DNA of 63,859 nucleotides, counting the filler, from Octopus bimaculoides (lineage: Eukaryota): NCBI RefSeq assembly GCF_001194135.2. It is 5 parts of 5 records of this genome, joined end to end, with 100 filler letters (N's around TTAATTAATTAA, not from the genome) between each part and the next. Parts side by side here need not be neighbours in the genome. Positions count along the whole stretch, not along the records: positions 45,401 to 57,262 come from NC_068993.1; positions 57,363 to 63,859 come from NC_069007.1; 3 more parts are not named here. The stretch is one strand, 5' to 3'. The notes beneath the pieces are model-generated. The model ran no database searches, was not told the origin of the DNA, and worked only from the letters and a program-made list of their open reading frames with translations. Shown here in pieces: positions 50,093 through 63,189 of this stretch (position 1 is the stretch's first letter; each line of letters begins with the position of its first letter). Position numbers and translations under genes: made by a program.

Positions 50093-50385
50093 TATAGCTC
50101 GCTCCGGCCAGTCATGGTATTAGCTGTCAGTAGCCAAAGAATCGACAGGCCAGCAACAGGCAGACAGATACTTCACTAGCAGTGAGCACTTTCACTTCTG
50201 ACAGCTAATAGCATGATAGTGCCGAAACAAGAATATACACACATATATTCATGCTTGTACATGCATAATTATAGATAAACATACACACACATGAACATAT
50301 CTACAAAGCGAAACAAGAGTCTACACACACATGCGCACATACGTATACGAGTGAATATACATGTATAAATACAAATATATATAAG

Positions 50386-52632
50386 CAGAGGTGTGTACCA
50401 TTAATCGAAAAGTTAACTTTGTTAATCCATTCATTCTTTGAAAATGTAATGTTTTAGTGAAAAAAGGCATATCCACAGCTTAATACCCCACCGACTTTGT
50501 TGTCTCATAACTTCCAGAAAAACGGATACTTTTTAACGAAACGTTCACCAAATAATCGCTTATATCCTGTAGACTGTATGTAAAGATTTGTTGGAAAATT
50601 TTTTTGAGGGGTGAGGGAGAGGAGTTTTTGAAAATTCACAGGATCCAATATTTTCCCCTTATAACTTTCTGGAAAATAGGTATTTTTTACCAAGTTATAT
50701 ACAAATACCTTTCTTACCGTGTAGATTACGATTACAAAGAAATTTGTAGACAAAATTTTTGGAAGGGGGCGGGGGGAGGAGTTTCTGGAAAACAGAGTTT
50801 CAGNNNNNNNNNNNNNNNNNNNNNNNNNNNNNNNNNNNNNNNNNNNNNNNNNNNNNNNNNNNNNNNNNNNNNNNNNNNNNNNNNNNNNNNNNNNNNNNNN
50901 NNNNNNNNNNNNNNNNNNNNNNNNNNNNNNNNNNNNNNNNNNNNNNNNNNNNNNNNNNNNNNNNNNNNNNNNNNNNNNNNNNNNNNNNNNNNNNNNNNNN
51001 NNNNNNNNNNNNNNNNNNNNNNNNNNNNNNNNNNNNNNNNNNNNNNNNNNNNNNNNNNNNNNNNNNNNNNNNNNNNNNNNNNNNNNNNNNNNNNNNNNNN
51101 NNNNNNNNNNNNNNNNNNNTGAGAGAAACATTTTCGGTTTCCAAAAAAATTATGAATTTCAGAGGAAAATGTGTGATTCAAGCACATCCCAAAATCTCCC
51201 TCCTCATTTCTTTCTCACTCACACATATATTGATATTTTTCATTATTTTTCTTCCCATAAACAAACTTTATGGAGACCGTGTTATGTATGTGTTCATATT
51301 AATCTGTGAAATGTAATGCTTATTTGTTCATGTTATTTTGAATTATTCAGGTTCAAGAGGGGTGTCCACAATATTTGCTTTTAACTTTGTAAATTTTTTA
51401 CATACAGATTTGAAATTTTATCAGTGGATGCTTTATATACCACTGGTTTATCGTTATGTTTCAGCCCCGTATAGACGAACAGACTCCACTGTTACCAGAA
51501 ACAACTCCACTTTCAATTTTCTTGCTAACTTCGAACTCCATACCTTTCTCAATTTATGGTATGCACTCCAGGCAAGAGCTTTCCTTGCTATGACATCTTT
51601 TTCAGTACTTTGTGTCCATGCACGAAGGTATTTGAAATTTTCAACTACCTTGAGTGACTTACAGTCTCTCACTTTCACTGACACAGGTATTTCGTGGTTG
51701 AATACTTGCAGTTATGTTTCCTTTGCATTACAGTACAATCCTACCTTCCCCGATTCCTGCTCTAATTTGCTCAGCACCTCCTGTACCTGATCTGTCCTCT
51801 CTGCTAGAAATGCAAGGTCATCAGCATAGTCTAGGTCAATTACTGTTACTTCTTTGCCTATGCGGTTTGAATCCCAGTTCTTCTTCCTTGCCCTCATATG
51901 CTCTCTGCATTACATAGTCCAGAATGATGGCGAAGAGATAGGGTGCTAACGTGTCACCTTGTAATACTCTGGCTTTGACTTCAAAGTATTCTGTCTTTCC
52001 ATCAGGAGTGATCACTTTTGCTCTGGTGTTCTCATACAGCTTATTTATCACTCTCATTTATTTTTTACCACTTTTATGGAAGTTGATATTTTTTTTGTTG
52101 ACATCCACCTCAGTTAATTTTGCTTTTCTCCCAGTTCTGTGCTTTCTGAAAGAAAAGCCCTCACATTATCTCAAAGCTACAAGAATTCACTAACATGATT
52201 TGTTTATTTTTTTTAAAAGATTTCATAGAGGAATTAAATACAATGGGTTTTGGCCAGTTTAAACACTGAAGGGTTAAAAGTGCCAAAACTATAAAATCAG
52301 CTTTTTTGGCCTTTTTGAGGGCTTTAGAACCCAACAACTATAGTTTTTTTTTTTTTCACTTTAGAGTTAAAAAATGCTGATTTTATTTTGAAGGGCCTAA
52401 AAAAAAAGACTGGAAGAATGATGCATACAATATCAAATATGCTAAGACAATCTGAAAACAATAGAAACTTTTAAACATTTTCTGGTTTTCATCAAATTTT
52501 GGGGTTAACGGACTTGAGGTGATGGAAGTTAATTAGTCCAATAATGATTTTCAAAGTTAACTTAAAAGTTAAATCATTATCAAAAATGTTAACTTCATTA
52601 ATTAACGATTAACGGACTTATGCCCAGCTCTG
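50386..52632. mobile_element. Non-autonomous hAT-type DNA transposon with 8-bp TSD
   Basis: Termini CAGAGGTGTGTA and (reverse complement) CAGAGCTGGGCA with subterminal ttaatcg/gttaac motifs; tatataag at both 50378-50385 and 52633-52640. Confidence 0.8.
51340..52190 (-). pseudogene. RTE-like reverse transcriptase fragment nested in the hAT element
   Basis: VLQGDTLAPYLF, DLDYADDLAFL, VENFKYL, VRLYGAET. Confidence 0.9.
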
Positions 52633-53589
52633 TATATAAGTATATAGATAAACATGCATGCAATATATATGTATATATACATATACATGCACATATCTAA
52701 ATATATATACACAGATATAGAAGATATGCACAAATACATACATACACATATACATACTTACAAATGTATTGGAATATGCAAATACCGCTACACATGTATA
52801 CACATACAAGCACACTTATGTTTAGATACCCATTGATATACAAGTGTCAGATGGACTGGAGAGATAATAAAGAAGATCGAGTATATCACCCTCTCTTTTC
52901 TTGTTTCACTTTATCTCTCTCTCTCTTTACACACACACACACACACACGTGAGTGAGTATTTGTACTCAAACATCCACACACACAGACACACACACATTA
53001 TAGATGCATGAATACAAACATACATACACATGCTTGAGGAAGATGTGGTTAACTCATTATTGTTGTGGAAGGGGAACGATAAAACAAAAGTAGAACAATT
53101 TTTCACACACACGCTCATATATGTATGTACATGTATACACACACACACACACACATGTACAGATACAGACATATATATACACATATATGCACTGACAAAT
53201 ATATTCAAATATATACAATCTTTGCTACATAATACATATGCTTGCATGTATATAAGCACGTACATGCATATATAGACATACATGTACACACACATATGTA
53301 CACATATATCCACAAGCATGTATGCAGACAGACACAAACACATATATACATACTGGTGCATATATATGTGAATATATATATGCTACGTAATACATATGCA
53401 TGTATGTAAGTAAATATATGCATACATGCGCCACATACATACACACATGATATACATATAATTAATATATACATATTGCACCTATGTGACATCAGCATTT
53501 TTATACCTGTTAGCATATATACATATATATACACACACATAGTTTATATACATGCTGACAGGTACATGTGTATAAAGGTATATGATATA

Positions 53590-53977
53590 AGCACAGGAGT
53601 GGTTGTGTGGTGAGAAGATTGCTTCCCTACCACATGGTTCCGAGCTCAGTCCCACTGTATGGCACCTTGGACAAGTGTCTTCAACTATAGCCCCAGGCCA
53701 ACCAAATCTTGTGGGTAGATTTGATAGACAGAGACTGAAAAAATCCCGTCATGTGTGTGTGTCTGTCTGTCTATGTTTGTCTCCCACCACTGCTTGACAA
53801 CGGATGTTGGTGTGTTTATGTCCCTGTAACTTAGCAGTCCAGCAAAACATAGCAACAGAATAAGTATCAGGCTTAAAAATTTTATTCTCTTGACCAAAAT
53901 TCTTCAAGTAAAATAAAGAACACACACACACACAGCATACTACCAGGTGTATACTTAAGTTTAAAATAATTTCACAT

Positions 53978-54016
<39 letters not shown>

Positions 54017-54400
54017 AGTTTCGAAAAAGAAATCATTCACACATTACAAATACAGTCTGTAAGCAGAACATTAAAACTATGCAAGACTTTTCTCAGGTTT
54101 AAAATGTGACAATGTTTTTGTTACCTACTTTCCAAAGATGGAGCTTTGTATCTTTGTTAGAAACCAGCTCCTTCTTCAGAGGAAGAATTTAAATGATTAA
54201 ATACAATAGACACAGACAGACAAACATATGCATACACACATACATATATAGGCGCAGGTGTGACTGTGTGGTAAGAAGTTTGCTTCCCAACCACATAGTT
54301 CCAGGTTCTGTCACACTGTGTGGCACCTCGGGCATGTCTTCTACTTTAGTCTTGGGTTGACATAACCTTGTGGGTAGAGTTGATAGACTTAAAGAAGTCT
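53590..54400 (+). mobile_element. Two OK-type SINE copies (~53590-53880 and ~54250-54400)
   Basis: Match the consensus at 5989. Confidence 0.8.
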
Positions 54401-54404
54401 GTCA

Positions 54405-54436
<32 letters not shown>

Positions 54437-54829
54437 GACGTGTGCGTGTATGTGTGTGTCTGTCAGGTCGCTCTCAAGTGCTATTGGTTGCTCTTGAATG
54501 CTACTGGTAACATGTAATCCAGTACAACCTGTTATGTAGTAAGGTTGTTGATGACTAAACTGGTAACCCCAGCAATCTTGCAGATACTGAAAGACGTGAG
54601 GAGGGTTATTGTTGAACAACATGCAGGACAAAAAATAAGACCCGTCGAAGGGCAGAGGAAGGAATGAGTAATCAATGGCCATTCAACTAATGAGTTGTCA
54701 ACAGCTGTGTGCGTGTGCATGCGCACGTGGAATGTATATATATTGTATATTCTTAAACTTCTTTTATATTTATATTTTTATATTCCTTTTTCATATTTTA
54801 AATTATATATATATATATATAAACAATTG

Positions 54830-55770
54830 GCAGATGAGGACATACAGATCCCTTTGGCAATTGGTGGAAGAATATTCAGAAATAGCCCTGATTGCAGGCA
54901 GATGGAGCTCATTATCCTTGACAGGCAATCCTAAGAGATGGAAACTCCAATCTAAAACTTGCTTGGCAGGTAGGCAACCTTGTGGACCCTCAAAAACATG
55001 GATTCTGGCAACTTCTGGACAGCTTTCGGTCATCTTGGACTATTTTTCTTGCCACAGATCCCCTGCTAAACATGAGTGAAGTGTGTGTAAATGGGACTGT
55101 GTGCCCCTATTACCATCCTAAACAACTCTGTTGTGCAAGCTTTGTTCTCACACCTCTTATCTCAACTTCTCCCCAATCAAGTCCTATGGTAATGGGCAAC
55201 AGATGACACTGGGTAGGCCTTGGATGATGTTGGAAGCCCTTAGTCTGGACCCAGCATGCAGGTGGTGCAGGCAAGATGGCTGGCTCAGTGAGTCCCTGTA
55301 ACTGTGCACTGATTTGTGTCCTACCTGCGCAACTAGGCAGACCTTTTTGGGACTTGCACCACCTGCCTCAGCTGAAGAGGAGGCTAGAAAATGTAGCCTA
55401 AAAGACGCCAGTCCTTTTTTGCCTGGCCAAAAAACTGCATCTGGCAGGCCATCCTACACTGCAGTTGAAGATTAAAAAGAAAACCCTTGAAGACCTCTCA
55501 TTTTGCTACCTGGAACATACAAACCTTGACAGACTGTGATGACCACAATCGACCCCACCATAGGGCCATACTCATTGCCTCAGCTCAAATGATACAATGT
55601 GGATATCACCACACTCAGCAAAACAAGGTTCTCTGATGAAGGCTCTCTCGCTGAGGTTGATGAGAGATACACATACTTTTGGAAAGGCCTTCCTCAAGGC
55701 AAAAATAGAATTCATAGTGTAGAATTTGCCATCTGTTCATGACTACTGAAGAACATCTTGTAGACAGAAA
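54830..55770 (+). mobile_element. RTE LINE 5' remnant (putative UTR plus endonuclease N-terminus)
   Basis: ATWNIQTL...YNVDITTLSKTRFSDEGSL...YTYFWKG...SVEFAI at ~55480-55750; the upstream GC-richer stretch is inferred to be UTR. Confidence 0.75.
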
Positions 55771-57231
55771 CTGAAAGAAATCAATCGTATATATATATAT
55801 ATGTAAGTGTATGTGTGTGTCTTTGTCTCTGTATTTCTCCCTCATCACTGCTTCACAACTGCTGTTCGTTTATTTATATCCCCATAACTTACTGGTTTGA
55901 CAAGAAACTGATAGAATAAGTACCAGGCTTATCAAAATTAAAAAAAGCACTATGCAGTATCTCATATTTTTCTTTGCCCACTCAGTTGTATCTATCAATC
56001 TATCTTTTGTCTGTTTCATACAATTTCGTGGACCAAAATGACTGAATGGATCCTTATGATATTTGGAACTTAGATTCAATGCATAAGGGCAGGTATAATG
56101 CAGTATGTTTGGTTTGAATTTGAGATGGTTTAAAGGGGGCAGAACCCCCATGAAAATTCATACATTTTTGATGTTGATGAAATTTCAGCCATGGGTAATT
56201 TGACAGACATCAAGATGTATTCTCAAACTTTCCATTTCTCATGAGGATTCTAAGACTCCCAAATTTTAGTCATTGTTTATGAACCAAAACTACGTCAAAA
56301 GTACTGAATGAATCTTTATGAAATTTGATAATTATATTCTATGCATAAGGGCCATAACCACCATAAAAATTCATATATTTTTCCTGTTGATGAAATTTTA
56401 ACCATAGATATTAGAGACAAATGAAGTAAAATTTCAGAAGTTAGAAAGACCTCTTCATGGGGACTTAACACCCACAATTTAGTCATTTTATCTAAGCAAA
56501 GACGAATACAGTTGTACTCTTGGAAGCTGTAGGGTCACCTGAGCACAAAAGATGAGCATTATTTGTAATTCAATGGTACAACAGTATAAGAGTTTGCTTT
56601 CAGATATACTTAGATTGTTATTTTTGCAATGTGGTGCATAAATTGTCAAGTTAATGAGAGGCATCCTTGCCTCCACTGATTCAGTTGCAAAGTGTTGAGT
56701 AAAGTTGTTGCCTTGCAGAACTCCTTTGAGTCTTTTTATTATCACTGGGCTACACATAGTCCCCAGGTGGTAACATTGATTTCAAGGCTTTCCCAGATGA
56801 GTGACTGGTTATTGAAAGACATTTATAGATTGTAAATTTATTCTATTGGTATAGTGGTCATTTGCAAACTCCAGAGGTAATACTTTCCACGCACCTACAC
56901 ACGCACACATCAAGGTCACTGGCCCCTTTCACATGCACATACATGCTCTCACATACACATGCACGCGCACCTTCATTTTGGGATCACCACTACTTCATTA
57001 TCTTCCTTTCTTCCTAGTTCTCCTGCATGATCCCATTGTCCGGCATTCGCCATGATTGATTGTTAGCCAATAAACCTTTTCTATTTTCTCTCCCTGTTTA
57101 TTTCTGTGTTCCTTTCTGTCAAAGAGTAAAGGTGCGAAACATAACAGACTTTCTCACTTCCCGAGCATTAAACTAATATATCTGTTTGTTGTTTACACAC
57201 GTGTTTTCGTCTTTTGTTTCTTTGTAAATTC

Positions 57232-57262
<31 letters not shown>

Positions 57263-57825
57263 NNNNNNNNNNNNNNNNNNNNNNNNNNNNNNNNNNNNNN
57301 NNNNNNTTAATTAATTAANNNNNNNNNNNNNNNNNNNNNNNNNNNNNNNNNNNNNNNNNNNNAATTTTACCATTAAGCTGTAATTAACAGAACCACATAC
57401 ACGTGCACCTATGACAGTGGGCAACTTTGTATAGGGTTCTGAGAGTTATGGTTACATTACGGATCAGGCTGAAGAGAAACAGACATTCGGTAAGAGTGTT
57501 AATTTCGATACCGGTTCCTGTTTTAATAATGATTTTTTTCGGTAATTTTAAATGTCTTGCCCGCTTACACTTTGGTATTCCGCTGAAATTCGTTTTGAGA
57601 ACAATTTAGGTCTTAGTAGACACAAGATGTGATCTATTTCTAGCACATTGAATGTCCACGTTAGTGGTCAACGTTATATATAAAAATATACTTTAATCCC
57701 GAGATTGCAGATATTGTTTCTGAATCTCTTTGATTCTTTAAATGTGCTAGCTTCCTGGTAATTAATCGATATTAATTAATATATGATTTTTTACCCTATG
57801 TTTTAATATATATATATATATGTGT

Positions 57826-58180
57826 AGGTGCAGGAGTGGCTGTGTGGTAAGTAGCTTTCTAGCCAACCACATGGTTCCAGGTTCAGCCCTAATGCGTGGC
57901 ACCTTGGGCGAGTGTCTTCACTATAGCCTCAAGCCAACCAAAGCCTTGTGAGTGGATTTGGTAGATGGAAACTGAAAGAAGCCCGTCATATATATATGTG
58001 TGTGTGTGTGTGTGTTTGTGTGTCCGTGTTTGTCCCCGTAACTTAGCGATTCGGCAAAAGAGACCGATAGAATAAGTACTAGGCTTATAAAGAATAAGTC
58101 CTGGGGTCGATTTGCTAGACTAAAGGTGGTGATCCAGCATGGCCACAGTCAAATGACTGAAACAAGTAAAAGAATAAAAG
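57826..58180 (+). mobile_element. OK-type SINE, long form with internal (TA)/(GT) tract and 3' tail
   Basis: Head consensus followed by gaccgatagaataagtactaggctt...ccagcatggccacagtcaaatgactgaaacaagtaaaaga. Confidence 0.85.
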
Positions 58181-59313
58181 AATATGAGAATATGAGAATA
58201 TACACACACACATATATATATGCATGTGGTGTGTGTGCGTATATATACAAGAGGGCACCAAGAAGTAACCAAAAACGTCCTCTGTGGGACAAGCCTGTTG
58301 CAGTTCAGACTTCTGCCACTAGAAGCCACTTGATGCGACCCTCAGGCATCAGTCTACTGACTGGCATCAGTCTTCTGACTGGCATCCTCAACTAAAGTCA
58401 TACTGCCATAGGGTGCATCTTTACATTGCAGTGCTTTTCCCATATTTATTGATTTTTGCAATGGCTGAAATGAAGGAACTGTGTGCTTCTGTAAAATATA
58501 TCGATCTGGCAAAAGAGAGTAATAGAGTAAGTACTAGATTTAAAAGATATGCATTGGGGTTGATGGCTGCAGTCCAGTGACTGAAACAAGTAAACGATAT
58601 AGACATAATATGAATATATAAGCATATATATACAAACACAAACGCACGCATGCACACACAACACACACGTGCACACACCTCACACACACACAACTGCACA
58701 GTGACTTTTTGAACACCTTTTACATATTCATGTATTTAACCACATATACACACATACTCTAAACTTGTAGATTTATACAAATATTTGTATTCAGAGAAAA
58801 ACCATTTCCAGCATGGCCACAATCAAATGACTGAAACAAGTAAAACAATGAAAGAATATGAAGAAAAGTAAACTAACAAAAATACTTCCCCACCATTTGT
58901 TTTCTTAAAAAGCAAAAGTGTTTTCTTTTTAACCTTCTTCAATTATTTTATAAACGATATCTCAGCTTAATTTTGCCTTTTGTTTTTCTTAAGTTTGATG
59001 AAGCTTTTAAAATAGCTGAGAAAATCGTGTTTATCGATTACAAACAAAACATCGTCGCTGCAACAAAATAATGTTTTAAAACGATAAAATGAAATGCTTT
59101 GTATCATAGTCGTTTCTTCAATTGTATGAAAATTTTTTTTTAAATGTTTCTGAAATTAATAAATGACCTTAGTTATTTGTGCAAAAAGGCAAGAGAAAAA
59201 TGTTTGTGTCCATTTTACTTTTTTATAGTTCTATATTTAAGAGATGAGGTATTATGTACATTATTTGCATTATTTACATTTGATGAATATTTGTCCTCAT
59301 CTTGTTTGCTGCT

Positions 59314-59359
59314 AACACAACATTTCGGCTGATATACCCTCCAGCCTTCATCAGGTGTC
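59314..59359 (-). ncRNA. Minimal type I hammerhead-like motif
   Basis: gacac-CTGATGA-a-GGCTG-gagggtatat-CAGCC-GAAAt-gtt-gtgtt; stems I and II pair. Confidence 0.6.
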
Positions 59360-59387
59360 TTAGGGAAATTTCGAAGGTATTTTTCAA

Positions 59388-59445
<58 letters not shown>

Positions 59446-59479
59446 ACCACTGCTTTCCAAGTTCAATTCCAGGCAGTGA

Positions 59480-59722
59480 CCTTCTTTCTTTCTTTCTTGC
59501 CTTTAACCCTCCAACGCGAAGTATAGGCCACTTATAATTGAATTCCATGTCGCATAATTTCTCGCTTCTGTACTTATACTCTGCCATGAATGTCCCCCTT
59601 TCTCTACTTCCTTGTGTGTTGATCTACGCCACGAGTTCTTAGGCCTACACCTCTTTCTATATCCATCCGGATTCCACTATAAAGCACTTTTCGCTACATT
59701 TGGTGTGTCTTTTCTGATTGTG
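59480..59722 (-). mobile_element. 5'-truncated RTE 3' end, same family as 20198-23224
   Basis: Near-identical to 20198-20425 (cttgcctttaaccctccaacgcg.agtataggccacttataattgaattccatgtcgc...). Confidence 0.9.
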
Positions 59723-59724
59723 CT

Positions 59725-60740
59725 ACCACTTTTAATAATTGAATAGTTGCTTTTTGGCCCTTCATCTGATCTGATCAAGGTAAACATGTTGAAAACCTTT
59801 CTAGTCATGGCCATCATGTTACTTATATTGACAGCTTTGGAACGTTGATTGAAAGCAAGAGATGCAGGTGTCAAAAATGCTCAGTTTTCTTTTTTATTTT
59901 CCGATTTGTTATTCTACTGTTTTCTGTTTGAAAAACAGTAAAATTTATTCAGATTTCAAAAACGATAAACAAAAGTTGCAGAGGAAGAATTGAGCTACAA
60001 AAGTTGCAGAGGAAGAATTGAGCTACAAAAGCCTCATAAAACACTAGGATAAAAACATTTTTCATGTTATTCAAATAACGTTCGTAAGAAACAAACAAGT
60101 TTATCTGACAAGCAAATACACACAGACAATGACAGAACTACTATGCTATAAAAAAACAACCAAATCTCCCTCAAGTCCTACTTGACTGCCTTTAAAGAGA
60201 AAGACTGTTCAAATACCATAAGCCTTGATGAAATGTTATATATCTCAATAAGTAACATGACAGCCATAACTCTTTTACTTGTTTCAGTTATTTGACTGCG
60301 GCCATGCTGGAGCACCGCCATGTAGTCGAGCAAATCGACCGCAGGACTTATTCTTTGGAAGCCTAGTACTTATTCTATCAGTCTCTTTTGCCGAACCGCT
60401 AAGTTACGGGGGTCGAAAACACACCACCATCAGTTGTCAAGCGATGCTGGAGGGGGGGACAAACACAGATACACAAACATATACACACACACACATACAT
60501 ACATATATATACATATATATACATATACGACGGGCTTCTTCCAGTTTCCGTCTACCAAATCTACTCACAAGGCTTTGGTCGGCCCGAGGCTATAGTAGAA
60601 GACACTTGCCCAAGGTGCCACGCAGTGGGACTGAACCCGGAACCATGTACTCCTACGCCTGGAAAGATTTTCAACATGTTTACCTTGATCAGGTCAGATG
60701 AAGGGCCAAACAGCAACTATTCAATTACTAACAAGGTGGT
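59725..60740. mobile_element. ~1-kb element bounded by ~80-bp inverted repeats, with an OK SINE inserted (~60270-60650, -)
   Basis: 59737-59804 is the reverse complement of 60658-60726 with few mismatches; no TSD found. Confidence 0.6.
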
Positions 60741-61201
60741 TTTTTACAGTCACTCAATATGCTAAAAATAGCAGCGAAATTTTACCTCATATCACACTCT
60801 ACAATTGTAAAAAAAAAAAAGAATTTCGATAGATCTGTTAGATAACGTTATCCAAGACAGTCTGTAAAGGTGGGATGGTCATGGCTGGCATGCCTTTGAT
60901 TAGGGCTGACATCAAGCTTAGCCTCTGAGCAATATGGGTTAGTGGTTTGGTTTGTTAAAAGCCAACAACATTCGCCCAGAGTCTGTCATATCTATTGACA
61001 CTGTAGCTTAGAATAGATGGACAAATGGAAAATCGAGTTTGCGTTTGAAAAGATAGCCTCATACATTTACAGACACACACACACACACACACACAGACAT
61101 GCACACACGGACAAACACTCAAATACATATATCAGATTATACACATATTATATATGCACATACATATACATATATATATCATATATATATCTATCTATCT
61201 A

Positions 61202-61239
<38 letters not shown>

Positions 61240-61456
61240 NNNNNNNNNNNNNNNNNNNNNNNNNNNNNNNNNNNNNNNNNNNNNNNNNNNNNNNNNNNNN
61301 NNNNNNNNNNNNNNNNNNNNNNNNNNNNNNNNNNNNNNNNNNNNNNNNNNNNNNNNNNNNNNNNNNNNNNNNNNNNNNNNNNNNNNNNNNNNNNNNNNNN
61401 NNNNNNNNNNNNNNNNNNNNNNNNNNNNNNNNNNNNNNNNNNNNNNNNNNNNNNNN

Positions 61457-61500
<44 letters not shown>

Positions 61501-61618
61501 GTATAGATAGATATGTACAAATAACATATATGTATATATATGTATATATACACACACACAGACACACACACACATATATGTATACATACTCACACATACA
61601 TATATATAAATATGCATA

Positions 61619-61663
<45 letters not shown>

Positions 61664-63189
61664 GTTTGTGTATGTATACATATATATATGTGTGTGTGTG
61701 TGTGTATATATATAATCTTCATTATTTGTTATCATAGACATTCTCCCTCTTTCTTGTTCTCTTTCTCTTTATATATTTACATATATGCATATATGCATAC
61801 ACACACACACACACACACACATGTATATATTATACATGTGTGTGTGTGTGTGTGTGTGCATGTGTATACCTATGTATGTATGTAGGAGTACTTATGCATG
61901 AATGTATGATAAACAACACTGCAAAGATATTACATTATACTGTCAATATTATTTTATACAAATCAATATAATAGATAGTAAAAAGGAAAAAAAAGAAACA
62001 ACAAAGAAAAAAAAGAAGAAAAAATACTCAAGAAAACAAAACCAAAACGAAAAAAAAAACCACACCAGAAATATGAAAAACAAAAACAACAAAAGCACAA
62101 CAAAAATTATTTTCGAAATAAAACATAAAACCGAAGAACAAAGAAACAAGAAACACGGAAGAAACAGCGCCCTCCCTCCCCCTCCGCCCCACCCTCACTT
62201 CTGCCCCATCGGAAAATAAACCCCCTTTTGGCAACAACAAACAATGGTCTGTTAGATATTCTTGCGATTCTATTTACAGAAAGAAAATGAGTCTACAACA
62301 CATAACACTGGCCCTGTCGGTTATTACTTAATCAATTTTTNNNNNNNNNNNNNNNNNNNNNNNNNNNNNNNNNNNNNNNNNNNNNNNNNNNNNNNNNNNN
62401 NNNNNNNNNNNNNNNNNNNNNNNNNNNNNNNNNNNNNNNNNNNNNNNNNNNNNNNNNNNNNNNNNNNNNNNNNNNNNNNNNNNNNNNNNNNNNNNNNNNN
62501 NNNNNNNNNNNNNNNNNNNNNNNNNNNNNNNNNNNNNNNNNNNNNNNNNNNNNNNNNNNNNNNNNNNNNNNNNNNNNNNNNNNNNNNNNNNNNNNNNNNN
62601 NNNNNNNNNNNNNNNNNNNNNNNNNNNNNNNNNNNNNNNNNNNNNNNNNNNNNNNNNNNNNNNNNNNNNNNNNNNNNNNNNNNNNNNNNNNNNNNNNNNN
62701 NNNNNNNNNNNNNNNNNNNNNNNNNNNNNNNNNNNNNNNNNNNNNNNNNNNNNNNNNNNNNNNNNNNNNNNNNNNNNNNNNNNNNNNNNNNNNNNNNNNN
62801 NNNNNNNNNNNNNNNNNNNNNNNNNNNNNNNNNNNNNNNNNNNNNNNNNNNNNNNNNNNNNNNNNNNNNNNNNNNNNNNNNNNNNNNTGATAGTGGTGGT
62901 GGTGGTGGTAGTTGTGGTCTTGTTGGTGATGGTGGTGGTGGTCTTGGTAGTGGTGGTGGTCTTGGTGCTGGCTCAGGGGGGAGGCGATGGTGGTCTTCTT
63001 GGTGGTGGTGGTGGTGGCCCGGAGTGTCTTGGTGTTGGTGTTTATGGTGATAGTGGTGGTGGTGGTGGTAGTTGTGGTCTTGTTGGTGATGGTGGTGGTG
63101 GTCTTGGTGTTGGGCAACGTAGAAGGAGGGGGAGAGAGAGAGAGAGAGAAGAAAATGTCTGCAAGTTCTTTCATAATCTGGAGAACGTA

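Noticed and set aside
62888-63112. His/Gln/Asp-rich (-) or Gly-rich (+) ORFs resembling cephalopod beak or sucker structural proteins
   Set aside because: A degenerate (GGT)n minisatellite with a repeated ~60-bp block; no signal peptide, splice signals or GHG/GGY-type motifs, and all frames are open only because of low complexity.
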